Assembly (NCBI GenBank): GCA_001938485.1
Contig: MQRK01234068.1
Coordinates: forward strand, 17,059 to 81,058
Reading direction: 5' to 3'
From: Girardia tigrina
Lineage: Eukaryota
Length of the DNA stretch: 64,000 nucleotides
The position numbers and the translations under genes were made by a program. This document shows, in pieces, positions 27,001 through 42,000 of the stretch. Position 1 is the stretch's first letter. Each line of letters opens with the position of its first letter. The notes below the pieces were generated by a model, which was given only the letters and a program-made list of their open reading frames with translations, searched no databases and was not told where the DNA came from.

Positions 27001-30000
27001 TTGTAAATTCTGATTGAATTTTGGGACCATGATGTCGTAATGAAAGTCATAGATCAAGGTCTTGGACAGATCCAGGATTGACATCCCCACATATATTGAC
27101 TTATTAAACTCCAGGGATGTCTTCAGCATGTGTATACTCAGCAGGTTTTCGGTGTATATGATGCTGCTGTGGAAGTTTGATTTTGCAATGAGCTTCTTTG
27201 CTTGCTTCCAATCACATACAAGCTCAATGTTGATTCTATTGTAGATATTCTCCATCGTTTTACCAAAAACGCGGTTGTTATAGAGCTTGAATTGACCTTC
27301 CTCAAAGTCGTTTTTGGCATTGGTCCTCAGATTGGTGTTAAAATCGATATATAACTGAAGCCATTTTGACTGACTAAACTAAAGAGCCCGATGGATTTTT
27401 GTGACTTTTAGACCATTCCTTATAGTTTGTTGGAGATTGATGTAGTGAACTACATATCTCTGTCGATTTTCCAAGTGACAGAGCAGCTTCTTATGTTTTC
27501 CATTAGGTGGACATTTGCTCTCAGGCAGAAAAAAGCAGCTGCTCATGTTTTGTATTGACGGATTTTGGATAATCAAAATCCACTTCCAATATGTAGCCCA
27601 CATCTCCATTAGGATCCAGTTTTTCTATTGTGATGCCTTGTGGTTGATCCACCCATTTAAAATTATCAAAAGGCAATGGAGCACTAATTGCCCATCCATA
27701 TAAATTTTTGGCATCCATGTATGTTATATATGAGGATGTCTTGGATGGATCATAATTTTCCATATACTTGTTGTTCCCCTCACTGAACCGATGACAAATT
27801 CCACCTCGAATTCCTTTTTCAAGCATAATGATCATATCATAATCCTTGAGGATTTGGAGCCTTATGTCTGTATATTTTAACATTGCTGTCCAACTCATAC
27901 CTGGTGATATAAAGAAATGAGCTGGATCCAACTTGTGGCTTTTAAGTGTCACATCTCGAAAGCTCTCAAAGACATCCGTAAGAAGCAGCACATCTGTTAT
28001 AAGATATACATCACTATATTCCCCAAGTATTTGGCATTTGAAAGCTTGCCAGACATTTTGAGCATGTTGATAATAAGCATCACTATTGTCGGTTTCATTA
28101 AGCTTATTATAAAATACCTCTTTTGCTGGCAATGTTGTTTCATCCAGTGATCTCCATGATGTTATATAATCATAGGGGAATACTCCTTTCCTTTTAACCA
28201 AGTCAAATGTATTTGGAAAGTATTTTTCAGTTTCCTTCAGTTCATCTGCTGAAAGATTCTTGACTAGGCTGTCAAGCGATGATGACATGAACCGGAAACT
28301 ATCGATGAATCGGAATTTAATTCTTCATGCATGTTTGGTAAATGTGATGTATTTCTCCTCACTGTTTGGAATAATATCTATGTTCCCCTTGATCTTTCCA
28401 AGTTCTATTACGATAAAGTAAGAGTCATATCCACTAAGATTGTGGTATACGACGGGAACATTTGTAGATGTTTTACATTGCAAATTACAATTATTGCATG
28501 CTGCTCCTCGATATCTTCCTGTAAAATTACAATGGTCTTTAACTTTGTGATGTAACTTAACACATGTAACATTGTGTTGCTTTGCTCCATTCACACTTTT
28601 CTTGACATGTCATTATCATGATCCCTTTATTTCGGCAAAAACTCTTTGTAGCATCTTTCTACTGAAGATTGGTGAAAATTCTCTCTCGTTGATCAGCTTC
28701 GGCACAGTTTTTCTTGTCCCACTGAGTCTTCCTGATTGAATTAAGCAGTTTATGTATGTTTCCCTGGATACAGTAGGGTTTCCGTGAATGATCCAGTTCG
28801 GGTAATCGACTTTTTTTCACGAATAACAGATTACTATAAAAACCATCCAAAGTTTGGATGTTAGGACACTATCTTAACATTATTGATATTTTTATAAATG
28901 TTATTCTTAAATCTTCTGAAACCATCTGAATAAGGCATTTTTATAATTTTACCGCGTTCACCTTCATCCTCTTTTTTGGTTTTGTTAGCGTGGAAAAAGA
29001 AAAAAATATTAAATTGATGCTAGACAGAATCCACGCAAAACTTTTTTTCAAAATTGCGACTTGAATGAGGATAATTTTGTTGGTTTTATTGAGGTTTTTC
29101 CGTTACACCGAAACTTGAGACGATAAATTGAATTGCCAATAATTTCAAATCTCGTTGATTATTTATGTTACTTTGTTTCAAAATAGTTCTTAAATTTTGG
29201 TCGATCGAATAAATTTATCTCTTATTTCCAACGACAAATGAATAACGATGAAACTGAATTTATAAATCCGAAGAATAAATAGAAATTTTAAGTGGAAGTT
29301 TGATACAAAAATTCTAATAAACTCAAACGACAAACTCAAATTAAATTTGTAAATTTAGTCATCTTCACGAGTCTGTCACGAATCGACTCAAACATTACAA
29401 TTAGCAAATTGACTATATTTGAATTTGAATGATGAGAAAGAGAGTGACTCGATTAGAATAAGTTCCTTATCGATAAACGAGAGAGATTTTCGAGCTGTAT
29501 ATTATCACCGATTTTCGAACGAGGACAATCTCTAACTAGTCATCGATTTCATCACGAATGATTTAAGGGAGCCGTACTCGATCTACACGTACTAGAATCT
29601 TATCTGTAGCTGACTGCGACTCTGAATTATGGCATTCACGAATAAAGACGACAACTGCGAGCGGTGTATAGCAGTGTACCGCCGGAGACTAATCGGGTCT
29701 CCCTTGGTTGAGTTACGATCGATACGCAAGGTCGTTCTCGATACCAAGATTACGACGGATCCGGATCGCGGAGGTGCACCACTATAGGTGCAATTTATCG
29801 ATCCCCATTCCAGTCATCCTATTCAGTCATTTTAGTATGATAAAAACTATATCTAGTTTTCTTTTAAAATGACTAAAGAAGAATATTTGAAAATTATGAA
29901 TAATAACTTCAAGTCTGGGATTTACTCCAACTACTCAAATGCAGACAATATCATGATCCAGCAGGATTAAAATCTGTTCTACACTTCGAACTTTATCTAG

Positions 30001-33000
30001 AACTGGCTTCAGAAAATACATAAAACTTGTGGTCCAAACCAATGTGACCAGCCAGTTCTATGGATTTGAATTCTCTGGATTATTCAATATGGACATATGT
30101 TGAAGCCAGTACATGAGCTCATCCTTATGCCAACGACATTATTAAGAACATTTAGACAAGTCTCATTTGAATTTTTATTGCAATTACATTTAGAGTCATT
30201 ACAACTCTCAGAATGTCTTTCATCGTTTGCTATCGTTCTAATTAGTTTTCTTATTTCTGTTTTTAATCATGATTATTCGAATATTTTTTCTAAGTTATTT
30301 TTTAAAATATTTAACCTCTAAAAATATTAAATAAAAAATAATAATTTTTACCATTTTTTTGTGTACAAGCTTTTATAATTTGTCATATGTTTGCGGTTCT
30401 GTATCTATTTCACCCACTTCCCACATTTTTGACTGAATTATCAAAACCTACTAGGCCAAAACCCGCTTTCTATTTGCATTTAGATGTAGCAAATTTCAAA
30501 GCCTACTACTGAGGAAAACATGAGAACGACACTTTAATTACTTTTGCGACCAAACTAAAGGCGGTAGATGAGCAGTGACAGTGAAAAAGTGTATTGTCAC
30601 CTAGAATACATCAGTTCTGAAAGTTTCTTGTCGCTAGGTGAACGGGAAGTGGATGAATTTTCGATCGCAAGATTTGATGCATCCAGGCAGACAAACAAAC
30701 AAATGAAACTTAATTAAAGATTGTAATAATAATTTTTACCATTTCTCAATAAATCCCAAAATAATAAAAATGTCATCAAATTATTAAAAATACATTTAAT
30801 TTAAATTTTACTAAAAAATATTACACTTAATTTTAATTGTGAAATTAAAAATATGAACTTATCAAATGATTATTTTAATTATGTTCGAATAGTCAATCAC
30901 TTTAAACTTAATAAAAAATACCAATTTCCATCTGGGTGGGAGAATCACCATTCTAAATTCAACATACTTAAATCAACATACAGCATCCATACATTTACAC
31001 ATTCAAACAATTTAAAATATTCCTCACAGACATCTTGAACAAGTCCATCATTAATGAGTATATCAACATGTCAAGAGTACATTCGGGCAACCTTGTTAAA
31101 ATTTTAACATCGTCTTGAGACTGTGATTGCTGCTGAAGAAGAAAAATTTGAATATTTGTATTTTATTAATATATTCATGCAAAATTACTTATATCATTAT
31201 TTTTTGTTTTTTTACTCCTTATTGTTCTGGCTCCGGTTCCAGATTTTGCTGGTCTCTTAGAGAGTTTTGTAATCAAACCCTGTATATTTTTTTTATTTTT
31301 TATATTTAATTTATTATTGAAAAAATTTAAAAATAAGAAATCGCTTGAACTTTAATATAAAGCTTAATGTATCAGAATATTTAGAAGATGTAAGACAGCA
31401 ATGTCAAACCTTTTACAATAAATTGGCGAAAAAATATTTGATAGGAAGTTCCTCGAGGAGAAATACTGAGAAAAGTTTTAACTAACTACATAATATGGTA
31501 TATGCAATGCACAGTTTGCATATAAACCTTTAATAAACATTCATTTAAGACTTCCTTCGTTTCCATAATTTCAGCTTGTCATTTTTCAGACAATTAAAAA
31601 TATTGTTAAGTATTGTATTGAATTGAATAGTGTGTTTAAATAGACTTAGATGATTTCTGAATTTTTTAATTTTATATTCTATTAATTAATCAACTTTAAA
31701 TAAAAAGGTTACGAAAAACGTTACCTTAATGGATTTACTTGAACAAACCGCCATTTGATTATTGCTTGAAACATGAAAATCTTTCACAGCTTCAATAAAA
31801 ACTCTTATAGATTTTAAAACCTGGACTTTATTGTTGTTAATTGTTAAAACTAGTATCCAGCCTTCAATTGTAGCAGCAAAGACATAATGTCTGTCAAAAG
31901 AAATTGGGGTTTTACAGTAGGTTTAAAAAAATAATATTTATATAAAATAGAATAGAATTATGATTAAAATAGATCAATCAATAAATAATAATTATGACGG
32001 TTAAACAAAATATAAATCCTTTTCTTGCATGACTTAAGAATTAAGCAGTGAAGACAAACCGATAACAAAATACTCACCTCAGTCGATATTTCCAATGTTT
32101 CTAAACCCTTTTACCTTGCAATCCACAAAAATGGTGTTTGTTGCGCTTTTATCGTTTTCGTAATTCGAATTAGAATTTATCAAATATTTTATTAGCACAA
32201 ATTAATAATTTTGAATGCAAACAAATTTTCACTTCCTTTTAATAATCAATCTTTATTTTAATTCTCAAATTCTGATTAAATTTTTAAGTCTCAAATTTTA
32301 AAATAATATTTAATTCGATTTTAATTTAATCTTATTTTTTATTAAATAACATTCATTTTTTAAATTAAAAAAATATTTTTTTACAAAATAATTAAAACAA
32401 TTTTAATTTTAAATCAATTAAAATTTATTCTTAATTAATGTTCCTATTTAAAATTTTAGAAAATATTTTATTCTACCATATTAAAAATTAGTTATAGCTC
32501 ATATTTGTTATTTTCAAAAATTATATACTTTAAAATATTTTTTATTTCAATTATATTAGGATACTTGGTTTAAAATTTAATTTAAAATATTTTTAAAATT
32601 ATGTTTCAAAATTTTAATCATTTTAAAATTATTAAAATTTGTGGCGTATCCTCATAACAGCGAATTACAAAACAGCGAATTACAAAACAGCGAATTACAA
32701 AACAGCGAGTTACATAACAGCGAATCCCAAAACAACGAATTACATAACAGCGAATCCCAAAACAACGAATTACATAACAGCGAATCATCAAAACAGCGAA
32801 TTACAAAACAGCGAATCTTAAAACAGCGAATCCCATAACAGCGAATCTCAAAACAGCGAATCATCAAAACAGCGAATCATCAAAACAGCGAATTACATAA
32901 AGCGATTTACTATCCAAATAGAAAAAAAAGTCAATTAGATATAAAATTTTATTTTAAGAAAATACCAACTTTAAATACTTTGTCAAAATGCAATTGGTGT

Positions 33001-36000
33001 GCTTAAACTGAAAGAAATTCCACGAATAAACTCCTGCACACCGATTTCACCATCATAAAAACGCTGTTGCAATTTTGGAATACGTTCACTTATTGAATTA
33101 TACTTTTTATTTTTTTTTGTTAATAACTTGCCCAGCATTAATTTGTGCCATCAATATTTCTGTAAATCCTTGTTCCTTTCTTATACATGATATTAAATCA
33201 TAAATATTGGGGTGATGCTTAGCAACTAAATTATTTAAGCGGTTGTGCCACCCCTCAACATCATTGTTAGTCCGCCGTCTGATGCCATACATATTCCACA
33301 TTTCTTTTTTAATATTTTGAAACCATTGCTGGTGGAAGTACTGGAATAGAGGTCTAATATTTACCGATGCCTCGTCCCTGAGATTGTCGAAAGTTTGTTG
33401 AACAATTTGTTCAGGAACAAACGCCAAAGCCATAAGCATACGTATTTTCGTTCTAAGTTCCTGATTACTACCATAATCGACACTAAAACCTAATTTCTGA
33501 ACTTGTCTAAATATCGCTTGGCAGAAATGAAATAACAACCACGTAGACGACTTTGCGGAAACTCTTGTTGTAACGCAACTATTAAACCTTTCTCGAAATC
33601 GAATGTGATTAAATTTGGTGAGAGTATCAAATTATGCTCCAGACATAAATCCAGAATTTTACGAAAAACTGATGTGTATGTTTCAGCATTTTTATCTATC
33701 AGAATACAACAAATTAATGGAAGTACTTTATTTTGGAGAAGAGCATGGATTGTAAATATTTGTTTATAAAAGGGAAGTGCTACCCGAAATGTACCGTCCA
33801 TGAACCAATGGTTATTGCTGGATAACATTTGTAAATTACTTATTGTTCCAAGTAATATAATTGATTTGTCCACACTGATAAACAATAGGAATAATTGGCC
33901 TGAAATAGTTTGTGTCAATTGATCAGGTATGTTGACGTCATTTAAACTTTGAGGCAAAACCGGTAATTTCTCATGACGTGCTCGATACAANNNNNNNNNN
34001 NNNNNNNNNNNNNNNNNNNNNNNNNNNNNNNNNNNNNNNNNNNCAGAAATTTCAGCTGCCGCATCAGAATGTATAATCGGAATACTGCGCGTTTCTGTTT
34101 TTGCCTGTTGCTTCATCTTACAAATAGTAGACTTTACGATACCAATTTCTGGTGCTGGTGGATAAGAATGCCCTTGTTTTTCAATCGGATGACAGTTGTC
34201 AATATCTGACCAAAGTCATCCTTTGCAACCGATTGTACGACATCGCCAAATTTTTCTAATTGCGGTGACTGTATCTACACGGTAGGAATATCCTCCATAA
34301 TTGCATGCTTCAGAACCTTTAAGAGTTGTTAATATTTCCATTGAGTTTTTCACAAACAAAATTTAAAAATAATGTTATGGAAAAATCGAAAATTAAAACA
34401 AGCTTTAAATTATATTATTAATAATATTATATCTTAAAAATATCTTATTAATATAAATATTCTCCAATTTAAATAACAAAANNNNNNNNNNNNNNNNNNN
34501 NNNNNNNNNNNNNNNNNNNNNNNNNNNNNNNTATTATATCTTAAAAATATCTTATTAATATAAATATTCTCCAATTTAAATAACAAAAATCTCATTTTAA
34601 AATAAAAAATATCTTAATATAAAAAATCTTATACATATATCTTAAAATATTTTATTAATATAAATATTCTCCAATTTAAATAACAAAAATTTCATTTTAA
34701 AATAAAAAATATCTTAATATAAAAAATCTTATACATATATCTTAAAATATCTTATTAATATAAATATTCTCCAATTTAAATAACAAAAATCTCATTTTAA
34801 AATAAAAAATATTTTAATATAAAAAATCTTATAAATATATCTTAAAATATCTTATTAATATAAATATTCTCCAATTTAAATAACAAAAATCTCATTTTAA
34901 AATGAAAAATTTCATTCGCTATTTTGCGGAATTCGCTGTTTTGATGATTCGCTGTTCTGATGAATCACTGTTTTGATGATTCGCTGTTTTGATGATTCGC
35001 TGTTTTGATGAATCGCTGTTTTGGAATTCGCTGTTTTGTAATTCGGTGTTTTGATGATTCACTGTTTTGACATTCGCTGTTTTGGGATTCGCTGTTATGT
35101 AATTCGCTGTTTTGTAACTCGCTGTTTTCGGGTATAACCAAATTTGTCAGCAAAAGGAAAATTAACTAAATCCTCATTAGGGACATAAAAAAATCATGTA
35201 ACATAATTTGAAGACGCACAAATTTATCAAGAAATAAACATAAGGTTGACGATTAGAATTTTAAGTCACTTAAATTTATTGTACAATTCAGTATATCTTA
35301 ACCCTACAATGCGCATTTTTTTTAATATATGCAACACATGCGGCCAGTATTACAAACTGAACTGTCATTTTTGTTGACAAAATATATTGCATCTATGACT
35401 TTATGGGCAGTTATCATTCCATAGACAATGTTTTTGGTTCACAGTATGTAAACACTCAAAGAATATCACGTGATTAAAAGATATTGAGGTAAAATATGGT
35501 TGATTCAAATATGAATCACGGCGCATTGTAGGGTTAAGTACAGGTTATATATGATCTAGATCGCTTTACTAAAAAATTCCTTTCAATTTCTGAGTCTCTA
35601 CAAAAAGTTCTGTTCTTAATGAAAATTGAGAACTTTTATTTTACAAATAGTTTTTTAAGTCTAATTTACCGTCCATTTATGTGTCAATTGTTCAAGTCTT
35701 TTGGAATTATGAGATTCGAATCATGTTTGACATTTAAACATTTGACTACCATTGGGACAACACGTCCCAAGCAATTTCAAAAAATTCCAGAGAGATAAGT
35801 TAGTATGCGAAATCGGTTATTTGCATCCCAGTTGTATATAGTGAATGTACTCTTGCGCGCCATCTACACACACACAACCTGAAAACTTGCCAGTACTTGT
35901 CAGTTGCGAGTTTGCTTTTGCGCTAGGACCATCTCATTTTTATTTAATATGAGTAAAAAAATGGTTCGGTAGTCAAAGTGTTCAGGAAGTACTGCGAAAA

Positions 36001-39000
36001 TCTAATTTAATTGTACAATGTATAGAAAATTGAGGATAAAGTAAGTGAACCCAGTAAAAATCCATAACTTTCTGAAAGTAAATCTTGACACACTAAGTTT
36101 AACGGTGTCTTTATGAAGAATGACTCATTTTCTGTTAACAAGAATGAGGTAATTTTCAATCAGAACTTGGAGTAGAAAGTAAAGTTGTTGACTACAGATA
36201 TTCAGAGAGATGATAATATTCTGTATTACGGGATCAAAGTAAAAAATGTAACTCATATTCCTTGAAATGCATAACAAAGATATTTTAGGAAATAGAAGCT
36301 ATTTCTCATCTTCAGTAAAAATTCTTTAAAGAAAAGGATCACTTCTGATTCTGGAAATCAAAGAATTTTATAGTAGGTTTTCCAATTTAAGGACTGAGTT
36401 TGAAAAATATTACTAACTTTAAAATCCTCTATCTTCAAAACCATATTTTTGATTGAAAAATTACCGACTATTTAAAAAAAATGTATTTAATTTAAAATAA
36501 TTTTAGTAAGCTAAGAAAGATTATTTATTTTTTTAATAAATTCTACGAGCTTTTCCAGAATGCCTGTCATTAGACTTGCAATTGTAGTTTCTGTCACGTT
36601 TTTGGCTGCATTATTCCATTTGTTCCGAAAATCTGCAATTGTTTGTTCCCTCTTGTTTGTCGTCTTTAATTGCCTTTTTACCAGGGCCCAATATCTTTCG
36701 ATTGGGCAAAGCTCTGGACAATTTAGTGCGTTTGCCTCTCTTTGCACCAAATCGATGTTATTTTCTTCGTACCACTTCTTGGCTGCCTTACCATATGGCA
36801 TGATGCCGAATTCTGCCAAAAGAAAGTAAGACCTCAGTGCTGACTTATGAATGGTGATAAACGCCTTTGCAAGCACTCCTTCACAAAGACTTCTCTGTTT
36901 TTTTGTGCCAGATGTGACTCATTTTCCCGTATAGGCTGCTCCATTTTCACATATAAGCTGCTCCATTTTCACATATAGGCTGCCAAACAAGAAATGTTTT
37001 GGAAAACCTAGATTTTTTCTTGTTTCTAAATTTTTTCTTTAACTCCTCCTCTATTATTTGCAGAGTAAAATTCTTGTCCGGATAGCTGAGAAAACTCGCA
37101 GAGCACATAAGTCTCATCACCCATAATGCAACATTTTTTCTTCGTAAGAAGACGAGATTTCAACTTTCTGACTCGCTTCTGCGCCTTTACGTTCTTCTTA
37201 GCGTTCCAGTCTGGTAATGTTTGAACTTAATACGTTTTTAAACCCACAGACTGTTTAATTTTCCGAACTGTTTGCTCGCTACAATTTGCCTTTACAGTCA
37301 GTTTTCGATTTGATAGACGAGGATTTCTCTCTTACAGAGCCTTTACTTTCTTCACATTCTGTGTACACGAACAACCCTTTCATCTTCCCGAACCAATTTT
37401 TCTCAAAACTTTCAAGTTCTCATTGAAGTTTTTAATGACGTTAGAAACTATTTTCTGACAAACCTATGCTTTCTGACAATTGTTTTCTGACTTGATTGTG
37501 AATTTTCTTCAAATAAATGAATAATTAATTCGCGACTTCCTGTTTCGGACGACATATTCCTAAAAAGTGAATACTAAAATGAATTTTATTTTGAGTTATT
37601 CAAACAACAGCCTACTTGATTAGTTTTTTTGTAATTTGTGAATTTATGTTAGAGTTATAGAGATTTAAATTTAGTGAGCCTTCCATCTCTTTCGAATGGT
37701 ATTGAGCCGTAGGCTCTTTAAAGGGTCCACCCAACTAAAGAATCTAGCAGCCCCCCAATAGGCCTCCTACGGTTCTCTTCTTCGCTTATGAGTTCTCTTC
37801 GGTCCCCCAGTGAGAAACAACCAACCATGTTCTGATCCTCCATGGTTTAACATTCCTTTGGCCGATCCCATGGACTTAGAGCAGCCAGCGAAATGACATC
37901 TGAAGTTTCCTTTTGCTGTTTGGTCTGTTAGACGGAAACTCAGTACTTCTGAGGAGATCGCTTCTTGGGGAACAGTTGATGTGCTCGCACCGATGGTTGG
38001 TAGCTGAAATGTGCTGGTACTTGTTGGTAAGTCTTCATTTTCTCTGATGTTGCTTTCTTTCTGTGGTTTGCGACGTTTCTGTTGAGTCTTGGTAGCTGTT
38101 TCTTCTGGAATGTTTGCTGATGAATAATTATTTTGATAATGCCTTATTAACCACCCCTGAGTGGAGTAGCTTTTTGAGCAATATTAGCACTGATATGCTT
38201 TCTTTTCTGCGTCCGGTCTAATTAGCTATTGATCGTCACGAATATGGCGATTCAGTCCTTTTTGCTATGCAAATCCTTTGTTACAGTTCTCGAGATGGCA
38301 ACGAACTGTATTCATCTTTGGATTGATTAGCTTTAGCAAGTCTGTGGCCTTCTTTCCTGCTGTGTTCGCATTGTGAATTAGATAATCAAGCCTGTCTCGC
38401 ATTCGGAGTTGAGCAGCACTCTGCAGCAGAGTAATAACACTGTCGAGACTGGTGGTTTCTCCGAACAGCCATTTCCCATCGATTCGCAGGCATTCCAATA
38501 GTTTTTGCTTTTTCCGTCCTCCGATCTTTGAATCGCTCTCTATTGTACCTGAGAATATTCTTTGTACGCATTGCTGATCTTCTCCGGTTGCCAGAGGAAC
38601 GTGTAACAAGAGTTGTCTTCTGGAAACGATGTCCATTGGGTGACTAATTACAATACTAATTGTCTCCATCCTGACTTTCTCTATTTTGTCGATGTCTAGT
38701 GCTGTTCTCTTACACATATTGTGTAATGCTTCTAATTTCTTTAACAGAGCTTCGTTAGTTCGCCAGTTTTCTGAACCATAGTACACCATGGGAAAGATGA
38801 AGCTTTGAATGATAGCTTTCTGGCTTCGGATTGGTAGTAGATTACTCTTGACTGCCGGAGCGATTTCTCTGAGTCTTGCTCACCCTTTCTTAATCCTTTC
38901 CCTTACGTCTAATTCACATATACCTTCTGTTGAGAACTAGAATCCAAGGTAGTTAAATTCAGATACCCAGTCGATTTTCATATCGTCTTCCTTTGCCGCA

Positions 39001-42000
39001 GATCTCACCTTTGGTCCATTGAGATTCATTATCTTCGTTTTTGCGACATTGATCTTTAGCCCCATTGAATTTAACACTTTGTTCAAAATATCCAAATTAG
39101 CCAATAGGCTATTGTAGTCCTGATCCAACAGGCATAAATCGTCCGCCTATGCTAGATGGTTAAGTTGAATCGTTCCCGTGCCGTGTTTCACATCAACTCC
39201 CCCATTCATTCCTTTTTCTGAAGCAATTTTCAGAGCCCGATTGAATACTATGTTGAATAAAATGGGACCGACTACACAGCCCTATCTGGCACCCTTCTTC
39301 ATTATGAACTTGTCCTCTCCAATAGAACCTTCGAAGTTGTCATGGAATAGTCTAATGATTTGTAGAATTCTTTCGCCGATTCCGATCTTCTCTAGTGCAG
39401 CCCATAAGATCTTCCTTGACACACTATCAAAGGCCTTCTCTAAATCTATGAATATATCTTTATCGCCATACCTTGCATCTTCTTGTAGTTTTCTCAGGAT
39501 GCTGATCGCATGACTTGTACCTCTGTTACTGCGGAATCCAAATTGCCAATCACTTATACAATTTTCTAGTATTGGAAGAATTCTATTTACGATAACTCTT
39601 GCTAGGATCTTTCCACCCACCTCTAGTAGATAGATTCCTCGATAATTGTTCAGCTCTTGTCTGGATCCTTTACCTTTGTACAGAATTAGGACTCTTACTT
39701 CGCTCCATGTTACAGGAAATACTTCGGAGCCTGTCCATATATTACTAAAACAATCACAAACTTGCCTACATAATTCTGTACCACGTCATTTATACAATTC
39801 TGGAATAATTACATTAGTACCCGCTGCTGTACCATTGTTGAGTTGATCAATGGCTTTTCCAATTTCCTCTATATTTGGCGGAACATTCAAGTGATCCAGT
39901 GTATTCATGCCACTTCCGATTAGTTTTATGCCTTCTGAACTGTCCCAGTTATTGTCATTGAATAGCACGGAGAAATGTTCCGACAGTGCCTCAACCGTTA
40001 CTTCTTTCTTGTATTATATAATGTGTACTTCTTTGTATCTGTATTGCAGAGCAACCGAAGTTCATGGAACATCTCATTTAAGCGTCCATTTCGTTCATTT
40101 GTCAATATCTCTGATACTTCGATACTGATAGTATCCACCCTGTTGCGTTTCCATGTCCTTATGCTTCGAAGTAACTTCTTTTAAAGTTAGTAATATTTTT
40201 TCGCACTCAGTCCTTATGGAGCTATTTTTGAATAAAAGGATAAATCAATGATCTTTTTAAAACAATAGGAAAATTACCTCTATTTTTGTGGTTAAAATTA
40301 TTTTTAATCAAAGATCTTTTAAGAAATAAACATATTTTATAAAGAAGCTTCGCATTTTATGAGAAAAAACGATTATAAAACAACATTTTTATAAAGTTCT
40401 ATTAAATCAACTTACTCATTAATCCAGAACCATAGTTTCAATATTCCTCCTCTATTCAAATTTAATGCATCAACTTCACAAACGTTTGTTGAGTCTGTAG
40501 TTCTACGCCATAATTCAATAATACCAGAATCAAATCCTAGCATTATCCAATAATTTTCAATGAATACAATATCCCAAACGCCTTTCTTAGATTTTTCTTC
40601 AATTAACTGTCCTGTTTCGATGTTCCACAATTTGATTTTAAAATCAACATTAGTCGGATCATTTATTTCTATACCACTAGCCATAAGAATTGGTCCACAA
40701 GAAATACAATGAGCTCCTGGTGGAACTGAGAATGAGCTATCTATTTTCAGTGGCAATATTCTTAAAACCGGTTCACGATTATCCCCTGAAATGCTTTGTA
40801 GTGCTTGAAAGAGTGTCATGATTAGTGCTGTCGACATAAGAACAATTCCCATCCCAACAATACTAGCCAAAACCATTTTAAATGTTAGACCCAGATCAGC
40901 CCATCCTCGTAAACTACTCGGTATTTGCATGAATAACTCATTTGTGCCAGATATAATCGGATTTCGCAACCAGTGATTATTTTGATCTTTAGAAAAATTA
41001 TCTTTATTAACCATACTTTCATAAGATATTTTTATATTGTTCAACAATTTCCAAGACGGTAAAACAAATAACTTGCGATTAGTTATGTTAATTGAATAAA
41101 TTTGAGCAAGTTGTGGCCAGTGGTGCATCGCTAAAAGCTTCCAGTCATCAGAAAGATCTATTTCAACATCTGACTGTAGTGGTAGAGATATTATATTGTT
41201 AAGGAACATGGAATGGAAAAGATTTGTGGAATATAATATGATAAATAGAATCCAAATTGCTGCAACTATCTATTAATTAAATACTACATAAAAGAAATAT
41301 AAACACGTTTTAAAATATTTATTGTAACAAAATAATTTAATTATTTAACAAGTACAATTATTTTTTTTAAATTTTAAAAGAAAAGTGAATAACTAAATAA
41401 ATGAAATATGCGAAATGAATATACATTTTTAAAAAATATTTTATTAATTTAAAATTATAAAAAAAAGATAATATACCATCACTAATCTCTGAAAAATTCT
41501 ATTTTTTGCCCAAAAATAAAGAAACATCAATCTTCTTGGAATATAAACGGGAACCCTTCCATCAGATTGAATAAATGCAGCAGTATTAATGTCTAAAAAT
41601 AATTACTGAAATATAAATTGAAAATGAGTATTAAAAATCACTTAAAAATATATGCCTTATTAAAAATTTATACGATTTTTATTTAAAAGAAAATGCTTCA
41701 AATATGATTTAAAAAGTTATAATAAGTATAATCATACCAAAAAATATTTTGGTGTACAAGCTTTTATAATTTGTCATATGTTTGCGGTTCTGTATCTATT
41801 TCACCAACTTCCCACATTTTTGACTGAATTATCAAAGCCTACTGGGCGAAAACCCACTTTCTATTTGCATTTAGATGTAGCAAATTTCAAAGCCTACTAC
41901 TGAGGAAAACATGAGAACGACACTTTAATTACTTTTGCGGCCAAATTAAAGGCGGTAGATGAGCAATGACAGTGAAAAAGTGTATTGTCACCTAGAATAC

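Noticed and set aside
32639-32867. Repetitive ORFs (NSELQ/TANYK) and a CRISPR-like look
   Set aside because: They are translations of the 15-bp TIR subrepeats of the Mutator element; there are no unique spacers
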